From Octopus vulgaris (Eukaryota), in NCBI GenBank assembly GCA_951406725.2, contig OX597823.1, positions 108,252,001-108,316,000 of the forward strand: a stretch of DNA of 64,000 bases, in the 5' to 3' direction. Shown in pieces: positions 1-13,832 of this stretch. The notes under the pieces are model-generated. The model did not search any database, was not told the origin of the DNA, and was given only the letters and a program-made list of their open reading frames with translations. Position 1 is the first letter of the stretch. Every line of letters starts with the position of its first letter. Made by a program: the position numbers and the translations under genes.

Positions 1-337
1 TATAAGGCTAAGTACATACATCATGCATATAAAGTCATACTCTGTCTAACACATACACACACATATTCATATATATATATATATATACACATATATGTAT
101 ATGAATATTTATATGTATGTTGTGTGTGCTTATTTATATACATCCATCCATATACATCTATCTACATATTTTAGATCATAAATTTGTGATAGATCATAAA
201 TTTCAGCTAAGTTTTAATGGCTCTGGCCTTAGAACAAGAAGAAAAAATATATAATGGATAAACAAAAGTGGAAACAAATATACTCGCGAATTTACTCACA
301 CTCATACATATATATATATACATATATATATACATAC

Positions 338-446
338 ATTCATGCATTCCAAAAGAAGTTCCAGGAGTAACCATCTTTGATACTATCGGTTTTTCTGGGA
401 ATGGGCCAGAGATGGAGAGAATGTCGTCGTTATGGCACCCTGGCAT
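338..446 (-). CDS. Candidate coding exon (MPGCHNDDILSISGPFPEKPIVSKMVTPGTSFGMHE), product unknown
   Basis: Unique, GC-richer island with an ATG-led open frame ending at T|GTATGT. The donor could simply be supplied by the adjacent (TATG)n repeat. No family recognised. Confidence 0.3.
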
Positions 447-1169
447 TGCAAACAGCGTTTTCTCTTTAATCTATTTATTCTAAACTAAATTTGCTTTTGC
501 AATATCCTCCCCCTTTCATACCAACCTCCCTCTAATCCTAAAACCACAACCAAAATGGAAGATGGAGCTAGGGGTGTGAGTGGGTGGTGTTGTAGTGCTT
601 GGTTGAGTAGGGGGAGCTGTTTGATAGAGCGGTGTGTGTGTGTGTGTGTGTATTCTTGAAGAAGATTGTAGTTTGGTATGGTGTAGTGTTGTGAGAAAGT
701 AGTGGCAGATGTGGTAGTGAGATGGTTGTGGACAAGCCTGTGTGTATGGAAGTGGTGGAAGAATTAGGTGTTAGTGTAGCAGTGTTGTTGTTATTTAGCC
801 CCTGGTCAGCTCTGTGCTGACCTAGATCAACTGTGTCCCAGCCATGACTTTCTGGTTCTTGTTTTCAAACATAATGCATCTAGCACTGCCGTATTCAATT
901 CAGTAGAATATAATTTAAGGAAGATTTGGCTGTTGTTTTGTGTACAATGAGCAAACACTAATGGTGGACAGAGTAAATTTTATTCATGATGTTGGTATTA
1001 CACAGGGATTAATGTGTTTGGAACAAGTTCACAGGTATGGCTATGTGGTTATGTAGTTCACATTGCAATTGTTTAGTTTCAGGTTCAATCTAACATCACA
1101 GCTGATTGGGCTAGGGTCACCTACATAGCATAGTCCAATACCTTGTAAAACCTGCTCAGAAGCTCATTG

Positions 1170-1288
1170 GATATACATACATACACACACAGACACATAC
1201 ATACATACATACATACATACATACATACATGCACGCACATACATACATCCATACATACATACATACATATACATACATGCACACACAT

Positions 1289-1320
<32 letters not shown>

Positions 1321-1505
1321 GCACATACATACATACACACACATACATACATACATACATACATACATGCATACATACATAAATACATGCATGCATACAT
1401 ACATACACACACGTACACATACATACATACATACATACATAAATACATGCATGCATACACACACATACATACATACACACACACATACATACATACATAT
1501 ATACA

Positions 1506-1539
<34 letters not shown>

Positions 1540-1590
1540 CATACATACATACATACATACATATTTACACACATATATAAATGCATGTAT
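1170..1590. repeat. (TACA)n/(CA)n compound microsatellite
   Basis: Directly visible tandem tetra- and dinucleotide repeats. Confidence 0.95.
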
Positions 1591-1955
1591 GTGTGTATAG
1601 GTGAGTGCATGGTATTGGTTAAAGTGGAACTGTGGCAGTACGAGATGGTAACTTTGCATTTCTGGAAGAACACAAGATCCCTTTAGAATGTGGGTTTCCC
1701 ATTTCATGAAGAAATTGAAGAAAATATCAGAAAAGTCAGAAACTGTGTTATGAACCAAAATAGAAGAAATAAGAGAAAGAAGATAGAAAATAAAGAAAGG
1801 AAGGAATAAAGAAAGAAGAGAGAAAGAAAAATAGGAATGAAGAAATAATGAAATAATAAAAACAGGGGGAAAACACAAGACTAAAACAATGTTAAGAAAC
1901 GTGAAATAATTATTGATGTGAGAGAGGATTTGTCTGTTGTATAGTGCATACACTC

Positions 1956-1957
<2 letters not shown>

Positions 1958-1996
<39 letters not shown>

Positions 1997-2388
1997 CATA
2001 AATATATATATACACACACACATTCATAAATATGTATGCATGTGTATATGTATATATATATGTGTTTATATATATATATATATTTATATATATATACATA
2101 TATATGCATATATATATTATTATACATATATATATATATATTTAGATATATATGTATGTATATATATATACATATATATACATGCACATATGCATACATA
2201 CATGTATTCATACATATATACATATATATATAAGCATAAATATATACATATACATATTCATAAACTATGCATACAAGCTTTACATACATATATACATGCA
2301 TATACATGTGCATGCATACATACATACATACATACATACACACATACATACACACATACATACACACATACATACATACATACATACA

Positions 2389-2420
<32 letters not shown>
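1958..2420. repeat. (TA)n/(TACA)n compound microsatellite
   Basis: Directly visible. Confidence 0.95.
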
Positions 2421-3383
2421 CTATAAAATGGAAACACAATTTACAATTGAACAGAGAGCAAAAGCGAAATATTAGAAGTAATTGACTTAGCAAAGATCTC
2501 TATGGAGTAAAAGATTAACTCTAGAGAATTAATATTGGGGCAACCCCTATCACTGGCATCCCTTAATTGCTCCAAATGCTATTTTTTCTCTACTCATTCC
2601 ATATGCCCCAAACACTGAATTATGTTTGTAGCTCATGACGGATATCTGTTTCAATAAGGAAACCGATTTCTATGGCTCAAACTTGAATCAAGTTTTTCTG
2701 GAGAAATACATAGATTGGATTAGAAACAAAATACAATGATATTAATAGATGTAATGCTTTGTTAGTCAGTATCTTTTGGGGCAGAAGCAAATCCTCTAAA
2801 GAGTATTTGTATTAATTTTGAGTGACCTTTGTATTTGATTTGTATTAACCATTTAAGTCAAATACACACATACTTAGGTCACCAAGAGAGGTGTGAACTA
2901 GAGATTTTTTTCCCATGCCAGATTTACTTTAGTGCAAATGGCAAATTATAACAGTTTAAAAAAAGATAGAAAAGTGTAAAAAAACTTGCAGTTTTCCTAG
3001 TTGCCCTATTTATTAGCCAATAATTTGTTTATTTTACTATTATTTAGTGTTAAATAAATAAATTCAAAATAAAGAACAGGATATATCTAATACAATTGTA
3101 GGTTTTGTCCTTGGGTGAAGCCCAGCATAAAATTGAATTTTCTGTCTATTTTATTACTTTCAATAATGTTTCTTTTGTCATTAGTGTCTTTTCAGTTAGA
3201 CAAGGAAGGGTCAACGGGATAAGGAAGGGTCAACGGGATATTGTAGTGGATGTTTCAGGCATTAGTTTGTCTTTAATCCAGGCTTCATCTTTATATGTGT
3301 ATATATATATATTTATTTTGTGACTATTCTGTGGCACAAAAATATTTTTGACTTCTAGTTTTAGTGATGCAGGTGCTCATATG

Positions 3384-3433
<50 letters not shown>

Positions 3434-3478
3434 TATAAATATAAATAAATATATATATATATAAATTAATAGATATAA

Positions 3479-3511
<33 letters not shown>

Positions 3512-3583
3512 ACTATAAATATATAGATATATATTATGTATGTATGTATGTATGTATGTATGTATATATATATAACCACATGT

Positions 3584-3625
<42 letters not shown>

Positions 3626-3711
3626 ATTAATTTGCTTGTATGGCTGGTATTCGCTTGCCACTAGTGATAGTATTTTGATAATACTATCACTTTCATATTT
3701 GCTTTTATATA

Positions 3712-3920
3712 TATTTCTTTACTACTCACAAGGAGCTAAACACAGAGGGGACAAACAAGGACAGCAAATGGATTAAGTTGATTATATCTACCCCAGTGCA
3801 TAACTGGTACTTAAGTTATCGAACCTGAAAGGATGAAAGACAAAGTCGACCTCGGCGGAATTTGAACCCAGAACGTAACGGCAGACGAAATACGGCTACG
3901 CATTTCGCCCGGCATGCTAA
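3712..3920 (-). mobile_element. tRNA-headed SINE family A (Meta/MESC-like central domain), slightly 5'-truncated
   Basis: Reverse complement of the copies at 11298 and 30929; B-box-like GGTTCAAATTCC; GCCTTTCATCCTTTC-GTCGATAA-AGTACCAG type core. Confidence 0.85.
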
Positions 3921-3956
3921 TTTGCTTATATATATATATATATATATATATATAAG

Positions 3957-4082
3957 CATCTTGTGCTTATCATACTCTTTCATATATATGTGAGTGTGTC
4001 TGTGTGTATACATACATATATATATATGTATACACACAGACACACTCACATATATATGAAAGAATATGATAAGCACAAGATG
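3957..4082. repeat. Near-perfect long inverted repeat (about 58-bp arms, 1 mismatch)
   Basis: catcttgtgcttatcatactctttcatatatatgtgagtgtgtctgtgtgtatacata is mirrored by its reverse complement ending at 4082. Confidence 0.92.
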
Positions 4083-4479
4083 TTGTTTATGATATTTGGT
4101 TGCATATTTGAATGCAAATAATCACAATGCTTCAACATGTGCTAGGAAAGAAATTATATAAACTACATTTTGTGTTTATCCTACTTTTTCAAATATTTGC
4201 TCTGTCTGTCGTAACTGGTTGTACTGTACAGTAGTAACTGCACCACTTTACTTGAAGTAGATAATGATACTGTACATAACGCTCTAAATTCACCAACAGC
4301 AATTGTGCATCTAACAGTAGATACAAAAAATAATATATATACATGGGAGCACCGCATGGGTGTTCTGGCTAAATTTAACTGTTTGCATAAAGGAAAACAA
4401 AATACCATAACCCATCCAAAAATAAAGTATTTTCAAAAATCAAAATATAGCACCTAGATTATGGCTGGTAAATATAAGT

Positions 4480-5553
4480 TTATACAAATTAGCCATCCTC
4501 AGCTTCCAGTATGGCCTCAAAACGGCTCTGGAACCTGATGTATGCTTTCCTCAGTGGGAAGATATTTGAACACCTCCCTGATTTTCATCACCAGCTCAAT
4601 CTTAATGCTGCAGTCAGAATAGTTGGTGTCCTTCTCAACTGCATACCACACATAGTAGTCCATGAGATTACAATTGAGGGAATTCGGTCAGAAAACCACT
4701 TCTAACTCTTTCTCAAGGCATGGCAAGTAGCCAGCTCCTGCTGCCACACATATAGCCATCCAGCAACAACCCTCTCCAGCTAGGGTTTGGCTATGGTCTC
4801 CAGTAGCTTCATCTAGCTGTTTGAATTGAGTCTCAAGTGCTGTTCAAAGATGTTGGGTATTATGATGTCATCCTCACTGGAGACACACCCTAATATCCTC
4901 ATATTTTAGGGGGAACTTAGTTTCCTTGATATGTGGGGCATCACATGGATTCTAAGATTATTGTTCTGGGTGTTGTTCAACTAATTCTGGCAGATGTTCT
5001 TTTCTTCTGAGAAGAACCAGATCATTCCCAGCCCACAAAGGATGCTTCAGCTTGTTTGGAAGCCTCTTTACTTTCATCAAGTGGTTCTCCTTAATATTGA
5101 CCGTCAGAATTTGACTCTTGTATCTCTTAGCAAACCTCCTCATTTAGGACCAGCTTCATGGTGGTGATACCAACACCCATTTCTCTTGCCAAAGCCTGGA
5201 TTCTCTTGTTCTAATATTCCATCACCTTGTCCTGCAGTTGTTGAATGAATCCCACCATGTAGAGTCACTGCCTGCTGGCCATGGCTTCATGCTCACTGTT
5301 ACAGCTGTCCATGTCACATCTTACAGTCTTTACAGTGTTCACAGAGCATGGAGCAGCAGTCTTGATGTTAGCATTTTGGTATCTGGCATCAATCATCATG
5401 ATACAGGCAATTCTTTTCCAATATGCAGATGGCTTCCAGTCTTCCACTTTTTCTCAGCTACAACTTTCATTTTATACTCTCCAATGCCATTGACTGTTCA
5501 CCAATACATCAAGCTGCACCTGAAAAAAAAAAAAGAGGCATCAAATTTAGCCT
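4480..5553 (-). mobile_element. Decayed Tc1/mariner-superfamily (maT/DD37D-like) transposon
   Basis: Frameshifted transposase pieces (NKLKHPL, ILGCVSSEDDIIIPNIF, YVWQQE) that resemble the element at 54726-55581. Confidence 0.75.
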
Positions 5554-7137
5554 AAAGACCCTGAATATATAATCAAAGAATGGAGTTGATGTATTCAAAT
5601 TTCCCAACTAAAATTGCTTTGAAGCCGAAATTTGAAATCCTTATAGTGGTCTCTACCCTTTGCTGGGCTCATACCACTTTCACTATAGTACTCCTGACTA
5701 ATTCACCTCCCATCCTCTCACTATCCCCAGTCTCATACTAAATCATTTCTTCCCATAACATTGGACCCCTAGAATTCCCTTCATGCTCATGTCTTTCCTG
5801 TAGTTGTTGACTGGCAACAGTTCAAGAACATTAATAGCATTAATTTTATTAATCTAAAAGGGTCTAGAATGACCGTGAGCATTGCTCTTCCCTCCGGACC
5901 CAGCAAGTAAAAATGTGTAGGACAAGCAGAAAGAATCAATATGGAATTGGGGAATAAAGTAATAAGTATTTGAAGACACAGAAAAAGGCAAGTTTTTCAG
6001 ACGTTTACTAAATTACTGAGAACTACAGATTGAGTGGATGCATGACATTTGTTAGATTAACAGAATCGATATTGTTTTGTTTCTCTCTTCAGGTGACATG
6101 TCTACAGGTGTCAGTGATTAAGGACCACAATTACAATGCTGGGAGATTCAGGATTTTCATGGGAAAAGATGCAGCAATGGTTTACCATTGCCTTCTGTCA
6201 GTTTATTTACAGGTTACTCTGCTTGTCTTTTGTTCTCCTGAGCTTACCCTTGAGGCTCAGTGACTATTTAACCATTAGGCAGGTTTATACACTGCTGGGC
6301 TTTCCAAGTCCTAAATGCATTAACCACAGGACCATTTTTTGCTGTTTGACTCATAAACGGGGCCTTTGATAGACACTAAAACCTCAGGCAAAGTGAACCT
6401 CAGAGTAGAGCTGTCCAAGGAGTAATTCTCTACTCACCAAAACACTTAAGGTCACATGGTTGACCCTCCATAGAACCTTGTAGTGAAGGCTCATTGTGGC
6501 TATTACAATATATATAAAATTTTCATCAATTAAACATGGCTTAGTAACATATAACACCTTGATTATTTATCATACCTTGGAAATTAAGATAAAATACTCT
6601 CAAACACTATAATTCTTCTTATGTGTCTAAAGAATTTCTGTCATTTCCACCATCTTTGTACATTCATTTGTCAATGGCAAAAAAAAACAAACAAACACCT
6701 ATCAAATTACAGTTAAAAAACTTCTAAATAAATAAACCTGATATTTTACAGTGCAATGTTTCAGAATTGATAAAAGAGTCTTTGAGAGACAAGATGATAT
6801 TTTAGCTGCCGTCATCTTTTTTTTTGTTGCGACATATTATCATAAAAACATTTACAAGTGAGATAAATGAAAGCTAGAATCCTGGTCCTGTCCACAGGCA
6901 CAATCTAATGATTTTACTCCATAGGGAATCCCAAAACATTACTTGGGATTCAAACATCATATACAGTTGGCTATTCCATATCTAAAACATACATACATAT
7001 ACACACACATCTCTATATGAATAACATATACATTCATTATTTGTTCAATGTAACCATTTCTATCTGTCTGTCTCTCTGTCTGTCAGTCTGTCTGTCTATC
7101 TATCTATCTATCTATCTATCTATCCATCTATCAATAT

Positions 7138-7195
<58 letters not shown>

Positions 7196-8570
7196 ACCAC
7201 ATACTCACACATACGTATATACTAGACTTAATTTTGGAAGCATTCTTCTTTTGCCACCTTGGGTAATATCAGGATACATTGATTGTATATAATAATTATA
7301 ATTTAACTTTAATCAAATTTCTTGAATTTTATACAAAATGAATAAATGAACTAAAATTTTTCCCCCAACTAAATAGTCATTTTTAATAAAACACATTAAT
7401 TGTTTGTATATTTGCAATAAATATATGTTATTATTTTGCTAAAATGATCAGCATAATTGCAATCCGCTGTACCGAAAATCTATCTCTCCAAAATTTGATT
7501 TTAAAATGTGTACTTTGCAGAATGTCATAAGTTAAAAGTAGGTGTTGCACTCATCCTGCATCACCTAAACCTCTCTTTATATCACTTTTAATCTTTCGTC
7601 CCTCTCTTTATTTGATTTGAATAATGACTCGAGAAATCAACCAACCAACCAACCAACATTTATATCATCTATAATTATGTGATTATGTATCTGTCCCCAC
7701 CCCTACTGTCCACAGTTTCTCTATTTCACTCAGGCTATGGGAAGGTGGAAGAAGGAAGTAGTTGCTGTGTTGAGGGAAGCAGAATAGAGTGAGAGAAAGA
7801 AAACTTTATACAATGATGTAGATTAGGTAGATAACTAGTTGGAGATTGAAAGTGTGGAGATAGAAATAGACAGTAGTTATCTAGTAACTGAGACAGGCAG
7901 TCAGGTGAGCAGACTGAGAAATATAGGAAGAAATGGAAGAAAGACAGAGAGAGAGGTAGAGATAGCATGTGTAAAATAGGAGAAATAGAAAGAAGAAAGA
8001 TGAAGTTCTACAACAGAGAGGGAGAAATAAAGTGGTAGCATGATAAAATGAAAGCGGGGAATGAATGAGATAGAGAGCTAAATAGATATTCATGTGTAAT
8101 ATCAAAGTATCAGAGTGTGTGATAAAGATATTGTTGGGAGGTGAAAAGAAGAGGTAGAACCAGGTTTTGATTCAGAGAAAAGTAGAGAAGTATATCATTC
8201 ATTTGTCTGTCTATTTCCCATGCAAGCATGGCTTGGGTGAAAATTGTTTCTCAGACAGAATGTTACAGCTGGATGCATTTACTGTCAACAATCCTCACTT
8301 TATAACAAAAAAATATTTTCAAATAAGAGATTTCTTTTGTATTCCACAGGCACTCAAAAGTGTAGAATGACTGATAGCAATGTCAATAAGGAATGTAAAC
8401 ATCATGTCTGTTTTGCTCAGAAAGGTGACAAATAAAATATCAACATTCATGCAAGCAGATACACATATAAATGTATATATATGTATATACGTGTATGTGT
8501 ATGAGTTTGTGTGTCTGTGTACTCGTACATACACACACACACACATATATATATATATATGTTTGTAAGT

Positions 8571-8606
<36 letters not shown>

Positions 8607-9519
8607 GTGTGAAATCGACTTCTTGCAATTTCCATTTATCAAACTATTTTCTCTTTCTCTCTTGCTCTCTCTCATTCTCTTTCTCTCTCTCATTCTCCCT
8701 TGCTAAGAAGAAGGATGTGGATGGGTCAGTGAGTATAAAGAAGGAGCGTAAGTGAGTGAGAGCATAACAGTATGCACATGAATAGATGCATATCAAATAT
8801 ACAGCAGGTAGCAAGAGAAACTTCAGTTACTGTGAAATTACTTACATAGGATCCACCACAAGAAGACGGCAATTATCCTGCGTATAATATCAATGAATTA
8901 ACAATACAATTAGAAGAGACAGAAGTGAAGCACAGGAAGAATATGGAACGCTCAAAGTAAAAACTTAAGAACTTCTGAAAAGAAACCCACAAACATCAAC
9001 AATATTCTTTCATGTATTATGCAAATGTGTGTGTGTATGTGCATGTATGTATGCATAAATGTATATCTTTTTCATGCATATATATATATATACACATATG
9101 TATATGTAGTTATATATGTATATATCTGTACGAATATATATATATATATATAAAACTGTCCGTCTTTGTATTTCATATATATATATATAGCGGCGTATGT
9201 ACACTTTGGTCTCATATGTAAGTATACATTTTTCTAGATCTCATACGACTCTATTTCTGTCCATCAGCCCTTTCACGCTTATTCGTTCATTCCACTCTTC
9301 GTTCTTTCATTTCCCCTCTCTCACATCTCTTTGCTTTCTCTTCTTGCTCACTTTCCATCCACTTTTCACTTCACTGTGTCCCTGTCATTTTTTCTCGCCC
9401 CTCCTTAATTCTTCTGTCCCTCTGCTTCTACTTCTCTCTTTTCTCTTCCCACGTGACCATCGTTCGACCAAGCCTGTTCTTTCTTTCTTGGTCCGGCCAT
9501 TGTCCATGCAACATTGATA

Positions 9520-10440
9520 TTCCTCCCTGTGTTTGTGAAATCTTATATCCCTGCTGTATTCATTTTCCACATTCAGCAGTCTTTCATAATGGCATCTCCA
9601 ACAAACATCTTTCTATGCAGAATCATTAAACGCAAGGGCACCATCATCCATGCAGATACATTTCTCTCCTATGACATCATGGTTTTCTATCGCACACTAT
9701 CTTGCAATCCGGAATACTTCAGTCCTTTTGTCCTCATGTTGCTGAACATTGGCAAACTTCTTCTTTTCTGCTACTCCCTTGGCTATATATACACCTGTCT
9801 CTTAGCCTCCCTTTTTGCTATCTCATACATTCTCCTGCTACTCCCACTCTTCCAGGCATTCCAAGCCTGTTTCTTTGCTCTAATGCCCCTGTCTACAGTA
9901 TTGCTCCACCACCATGTTACCCTGGGTCTGGAAGGGACTTTGCACCAGTCACACGTTTGGTCTGTGGCACTCAGCAAGCTGTCTTGCAGGAATTCTCAGC
10001 TGCCTTCTATGTCACAGGACTGTAGCGCCTCCTCCCTATCATCAAATTTCTCGGTAAGGATATCCCTAAATCTCTGACAATGTGAAGGGTTCCTAAGCTT
10101 TCAATCCTTCTTTTCCAGATTGGTCTGTATTTAAGCATCCTTCTGGCCTCGAGTTTAAAGTCACTAATAACTAGTCTATGTTGAGAGGAGTGCATTCTTC
10201 ACCAGGGAGGGTCTTTGTATTTAAGAGCAACCATGCATCCAGCTATCTGGTGAGAATGAAATCGATCTGGCTAGCAGAGTCCCCTGACTGATAGGTTATC
10301 AGGTGGCTAGCTGGCTTCCTGAAGTTGGTGTTGCAGATCAATAGGCTATTTGCATCCCAGAACTCCAGGAGCCTAGTTCCCACTTCATTTCTGGTGCCAA
10401 CTCCATGGCCCGCATGTACACCATGGAAGATACCACATTG
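9520..10440 (-). mobile_element. RTE-clade LINE fragment (APE endonuclease C-terminus and linker)
   Basis: Minus-strand peptides TNFRKPASHLITYQSGDSASQIDFILTR, QHRLVISDFKL and RPRVTWWWSNTVDRGIRAKKQAWNAWK, with stops and frameshifts. Confidence 0.88.
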
Positions 10441-10464
10441 CTGTATATATATATATATATATAT

Positions 10465-11069
10465 ATCATCATCATCACCATTTAGCGTCCGCTTTCCATG
10501 CTAGCATGGGTTGGACGGTTCAACTGGGGTCTGTGAAGCCAGAAGGCTGCATCAGGCCCAGTCTGATCTGGCAGTGTTTCTACGGCTGGATGCCCTTCCT
10601 AACGCCAACCACTCCATGAGTGTAGTGGGTGCTTTTTATGTGCCACCCGCACAGGTGCCAGACGGAGCTGGCAAACGGCCACGAACGGATGGTGCTTTTA
10701 CGTGCCACCGGCACGGGGGCCAGGCGAGGCTGGCAACGGACATGAGCGGATGGTGCTTTTACGTACCACCGGCACGAGGCCAGTTGGGGCGGCGCTGGCA
10801 ACGGTCACGAACGGATGGTCCTCTTACGTGCCACCGGCACTGGTAACTCAGCTGCAATTTCCATTGATCGATTTCGATTCTGATCCTCACTTGCCTCAAC
10901 AGGTCTTCACAAGTAGAGTTTTGTGTCCCAAGAAGGGAAGGTAAGCATACGTAGGCTGGCTCCATCCCATGTAGAAGGCCATGGGTTATGGTCTCACTTG
11001 TCCTGCTGGGTCTTTTCGTGCACAGCATACTTCCAGAGGTCTCGGTCTCTAGTCATTTCCTCTAGTCAT
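10465..11069 (-). mobile_element. 5'-truncated RTE LINE 3' end (ORF terminus, 3'UTR, (GAT)n tail)
   Basis: EEMTRDRDLWKYAVHEKTQQDK-stop, then a UTR with ~60-bp subrepeats, ggcgttaggaagggcatcc and a gatgatgat tail. Confidence 0.85.
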
Positions 11070-11297
11070 TACATATACATATATATATGCACACATATCT
11101 GTCTATCTATTTATCTATCTATCTATCTATCCATGTATCTGTGTGTGTGTGTGTGTGTTGATTATTGATTGGAAGAGAGATTGATACACATACACACATA
11201 CAAACACACACCTATATATATTAATATACATATATATTAATATACAATATATATTAATATACAATATATATTAATATACTATATATATTAATATACA

Positions 11298-11528
11298 GGC
11301 GGCGAGCTGGCAGAAACGTTAGCACACTGGACAAAATGCTTAGAGGTATTTCGCCCGTCGCTACGTACTGAGTTCAAATTCCGCCGAGGTCGACTTTGCC
11401 TTTCATCCTTTCGGGGTCGATAAATTAAGTACCAGTTACGCACTGGGGTTGATGTATTCGACTTAATCCGTTTGTCTGTCCTTGTTTGACCTCTCTGTGT
11501 CTAGCCCCTTGTGGGTAGTAAAGAAATA
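11298..11528 (+). mobile_element. Full-length SINE family A
   Basis: Head ggcggcgagctggcagaa, B box gagttcaaattcc, tail aaagaaata; flanked by the direct repeat tatatattaatataca. Confidence 0.92.
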
Positions 11529-12555
11529 TATATTAATATACATCTAAACAAACTTTGTCAGCATGATAGTGGACATAAAATGTTGTTTCTGATGGTGAAG
11601 ATGATGGTGAGGATGATGGTGATGATGATGACGACAACAACGAATTGACGGCAATGACTATTATGACAAGGAGGGGGAGGAGGAGGAGGAGGAGGAGGAG
11701 GCAGAAAAGGATGATGGTGATGCATGCGTGCTCCCACACTTATGCCACGTACGCAGGCAAACGCACACATGCCTTCTCATGCACACAAACACCTTTTTTA
11801 TGTATGTCCATAAACACATACACATACTGAGACACACACACACACACATACACACACAACTACATACATATACATACATATATATATATACGTATATATA
11901 TATATATATATAGATGTACTAACTCCAACCCAAACTAAACACGAAACTCAACACTCAGCTGAACTAAACTAAAGAAGAAACCACAAAACTTTTTTTATTT
12001 ATTTCATTCAATCTTGTCGGGGTATCAGATTACTTCAAACAGAAATTCAGTATATTTCTTGTCTGATGCTATTTTGTTGCGTTTTTTTTTAATTGCATTG
12101 CTTCATATTTGGCCTTCTTCTTCAAAATACTAGGTCATAAGATGCTTGCCTAAACTTTCTACTATTACTAACACTCGTGTATCACTTCTACCTCCAACAA
12201 AACCCTAACCATCCTCCCTTACTTCAGCATAGTCACTCAAGCTTGCAGTGAAAATATCACTAAAATATACTCACAAATCATAAAATAAATACAACAAATA
12301 AAATAAATACTGCAGAAAATAAATATATATATATAAATATAATAAGTATGAAGAAGAGCAAGCAGAGAGATCTAGAATGTTCTGGATGGAAATTTTAGTT
12401 CATGCTTTTTGGAAATCATATTAAATTTCAGATTATTACGTTATCACACATGCTCACATTCATATTATTACACACTCACACACACACACACACACTTAGA
12501 TACTTAAATATATATTCATATATACATCTTTTATGTTTCATATATATATATTATG

Positions 12556-12586
<31 letters not shown>

Positions 12587-12616
12587 GTATATATGTATGT
12601 ATATATATATATATAT

Positions 12617-12656
<40 letters not shown>

Positions 12657-13832
12657 ATGTATGTATATATATATAGATATATATATATATATAGTATATA
12701 TATGTTCATGCATATCATTGATGTTCATGTTCATGCTGGCATGGATTTGATAACCATCAAATTCTGTGGGTTCAAGGACTGAATCATGCTCCAGTGACCC
12801 CTTTGGCATGGTTTCTATGATTAGTTGCCCATCCTAAAGCCAGTCACTTTACAATGTGTATTGGGTGCTTTTTCATGACACCAGCACTAGTGAGGTCACT
12901 CTGCAGCATACAAGACTATGAACCACAAAGGGGAACAACTGTATGCCAGGGAAATGAGGAGAGGAGAGGTGTCAAGTATAAGAAGAAAAGTCTGTTGTAG
13001 AACAGGTTTTGTGCTGTTGAGGAGCTTCATGGCCATTTGTATTTTAGAATTGAGGTTGGTGATGATCTGGTGGAGCTGGAAAACGGCAAAAAAAAAAAAT
13101 AGTGGTTGCGATGTGCCATGGTGGACCTTCGAGGCATGAGGTGTGTAGGAAAGATTGGGAGCATAGATGCCAAGAGTGAGTGTGGAAGTAAGGGATGTCT
13201 GATAGCATGGAACACCTGAGTAGAAATGGTGATACGGTGAACTGGAGAAGGTCAAAAGAAAGATAGCATAACTATTAGGTAGGTTGCAAGTGTGTAAGGG
13301 TGCAAGAGTGATAGATGCAATGTATGAGGAGGGTGGGATGTGTGGTGCTGGGGGAAGAGAGAGAATTTGGGGGCATCCACACCTATGAAACCAATTGGTT
13401 TCATCGATGTGGATGACTCTTCTTGAGAACCATGTATCACCAACCATCCCATTTTTTCAACATCTCCTCCTCTTAGAAGTTCAAAATCTTGGTAACGGCC
13501 TTCACAACTTCATCCTATGTTTTTCTGTGTCTCTCTCTTCCACAAATTCCACCAACATTTAAGGATTGGCACTTATTTATACAGTTGCCATCATTCAAAC
13601 ACATAACACATCCAGCTCATTCTTCTTTCTTACACACTACAGCTACTTCTTTGGCCCCAGTTTTTCTTTCACCACATTTGTCCTATGTCTTTCAAACATG
13701 TTTACATTGTACATCCAAATGGGTTTGTTAACTTTGCTTTCTTTCCATCTCCTCAAGTCTTCTGCATTCAGTGTCCATGTCTTACTACCAGGCAGCATCA
13801 CAGTTCTAACTCAAGCATCATACAATATGCCC

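Noticed and set aside
1601-1810. Coding-looking plus-strand island after a tag acceptor
   Set aside because: Every frame hits a stop within ~35 codons, a frameshift is needed to extend it, and no homology is recognised
1121-2493. Long ORFs of [12 protein letters not shown] type here and throughout the window
   Set aside because: They are translations of (TACA)n, (TA)n and (CA)n microsatellites, which lack stops by construction
4214-4456. ~80-codon plus-strand open frame without a start
   Set aside because: No recognisable motif, weak splice context, and competing minus-strand frames are equally plausible
6093-6263. Strong plus-strand acceptor at 6092 (also 34906 and 52695)
   Set aside because: The downstream sequence is repeat-like or too short and no consistent plus-strand exon chain could be built
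9514-10077. 187-aa hydrophobic plus-strand ORF
   Set aside because: Antisense shadow of the RTE LINE fragment
11298-11390. tRNA genes at SINE heads (also the tRNA-like stretch at 28778-28850)
   Set aside because: A/B boxes are present but there is no complete cloverleaf, and most continue into SINE bodies
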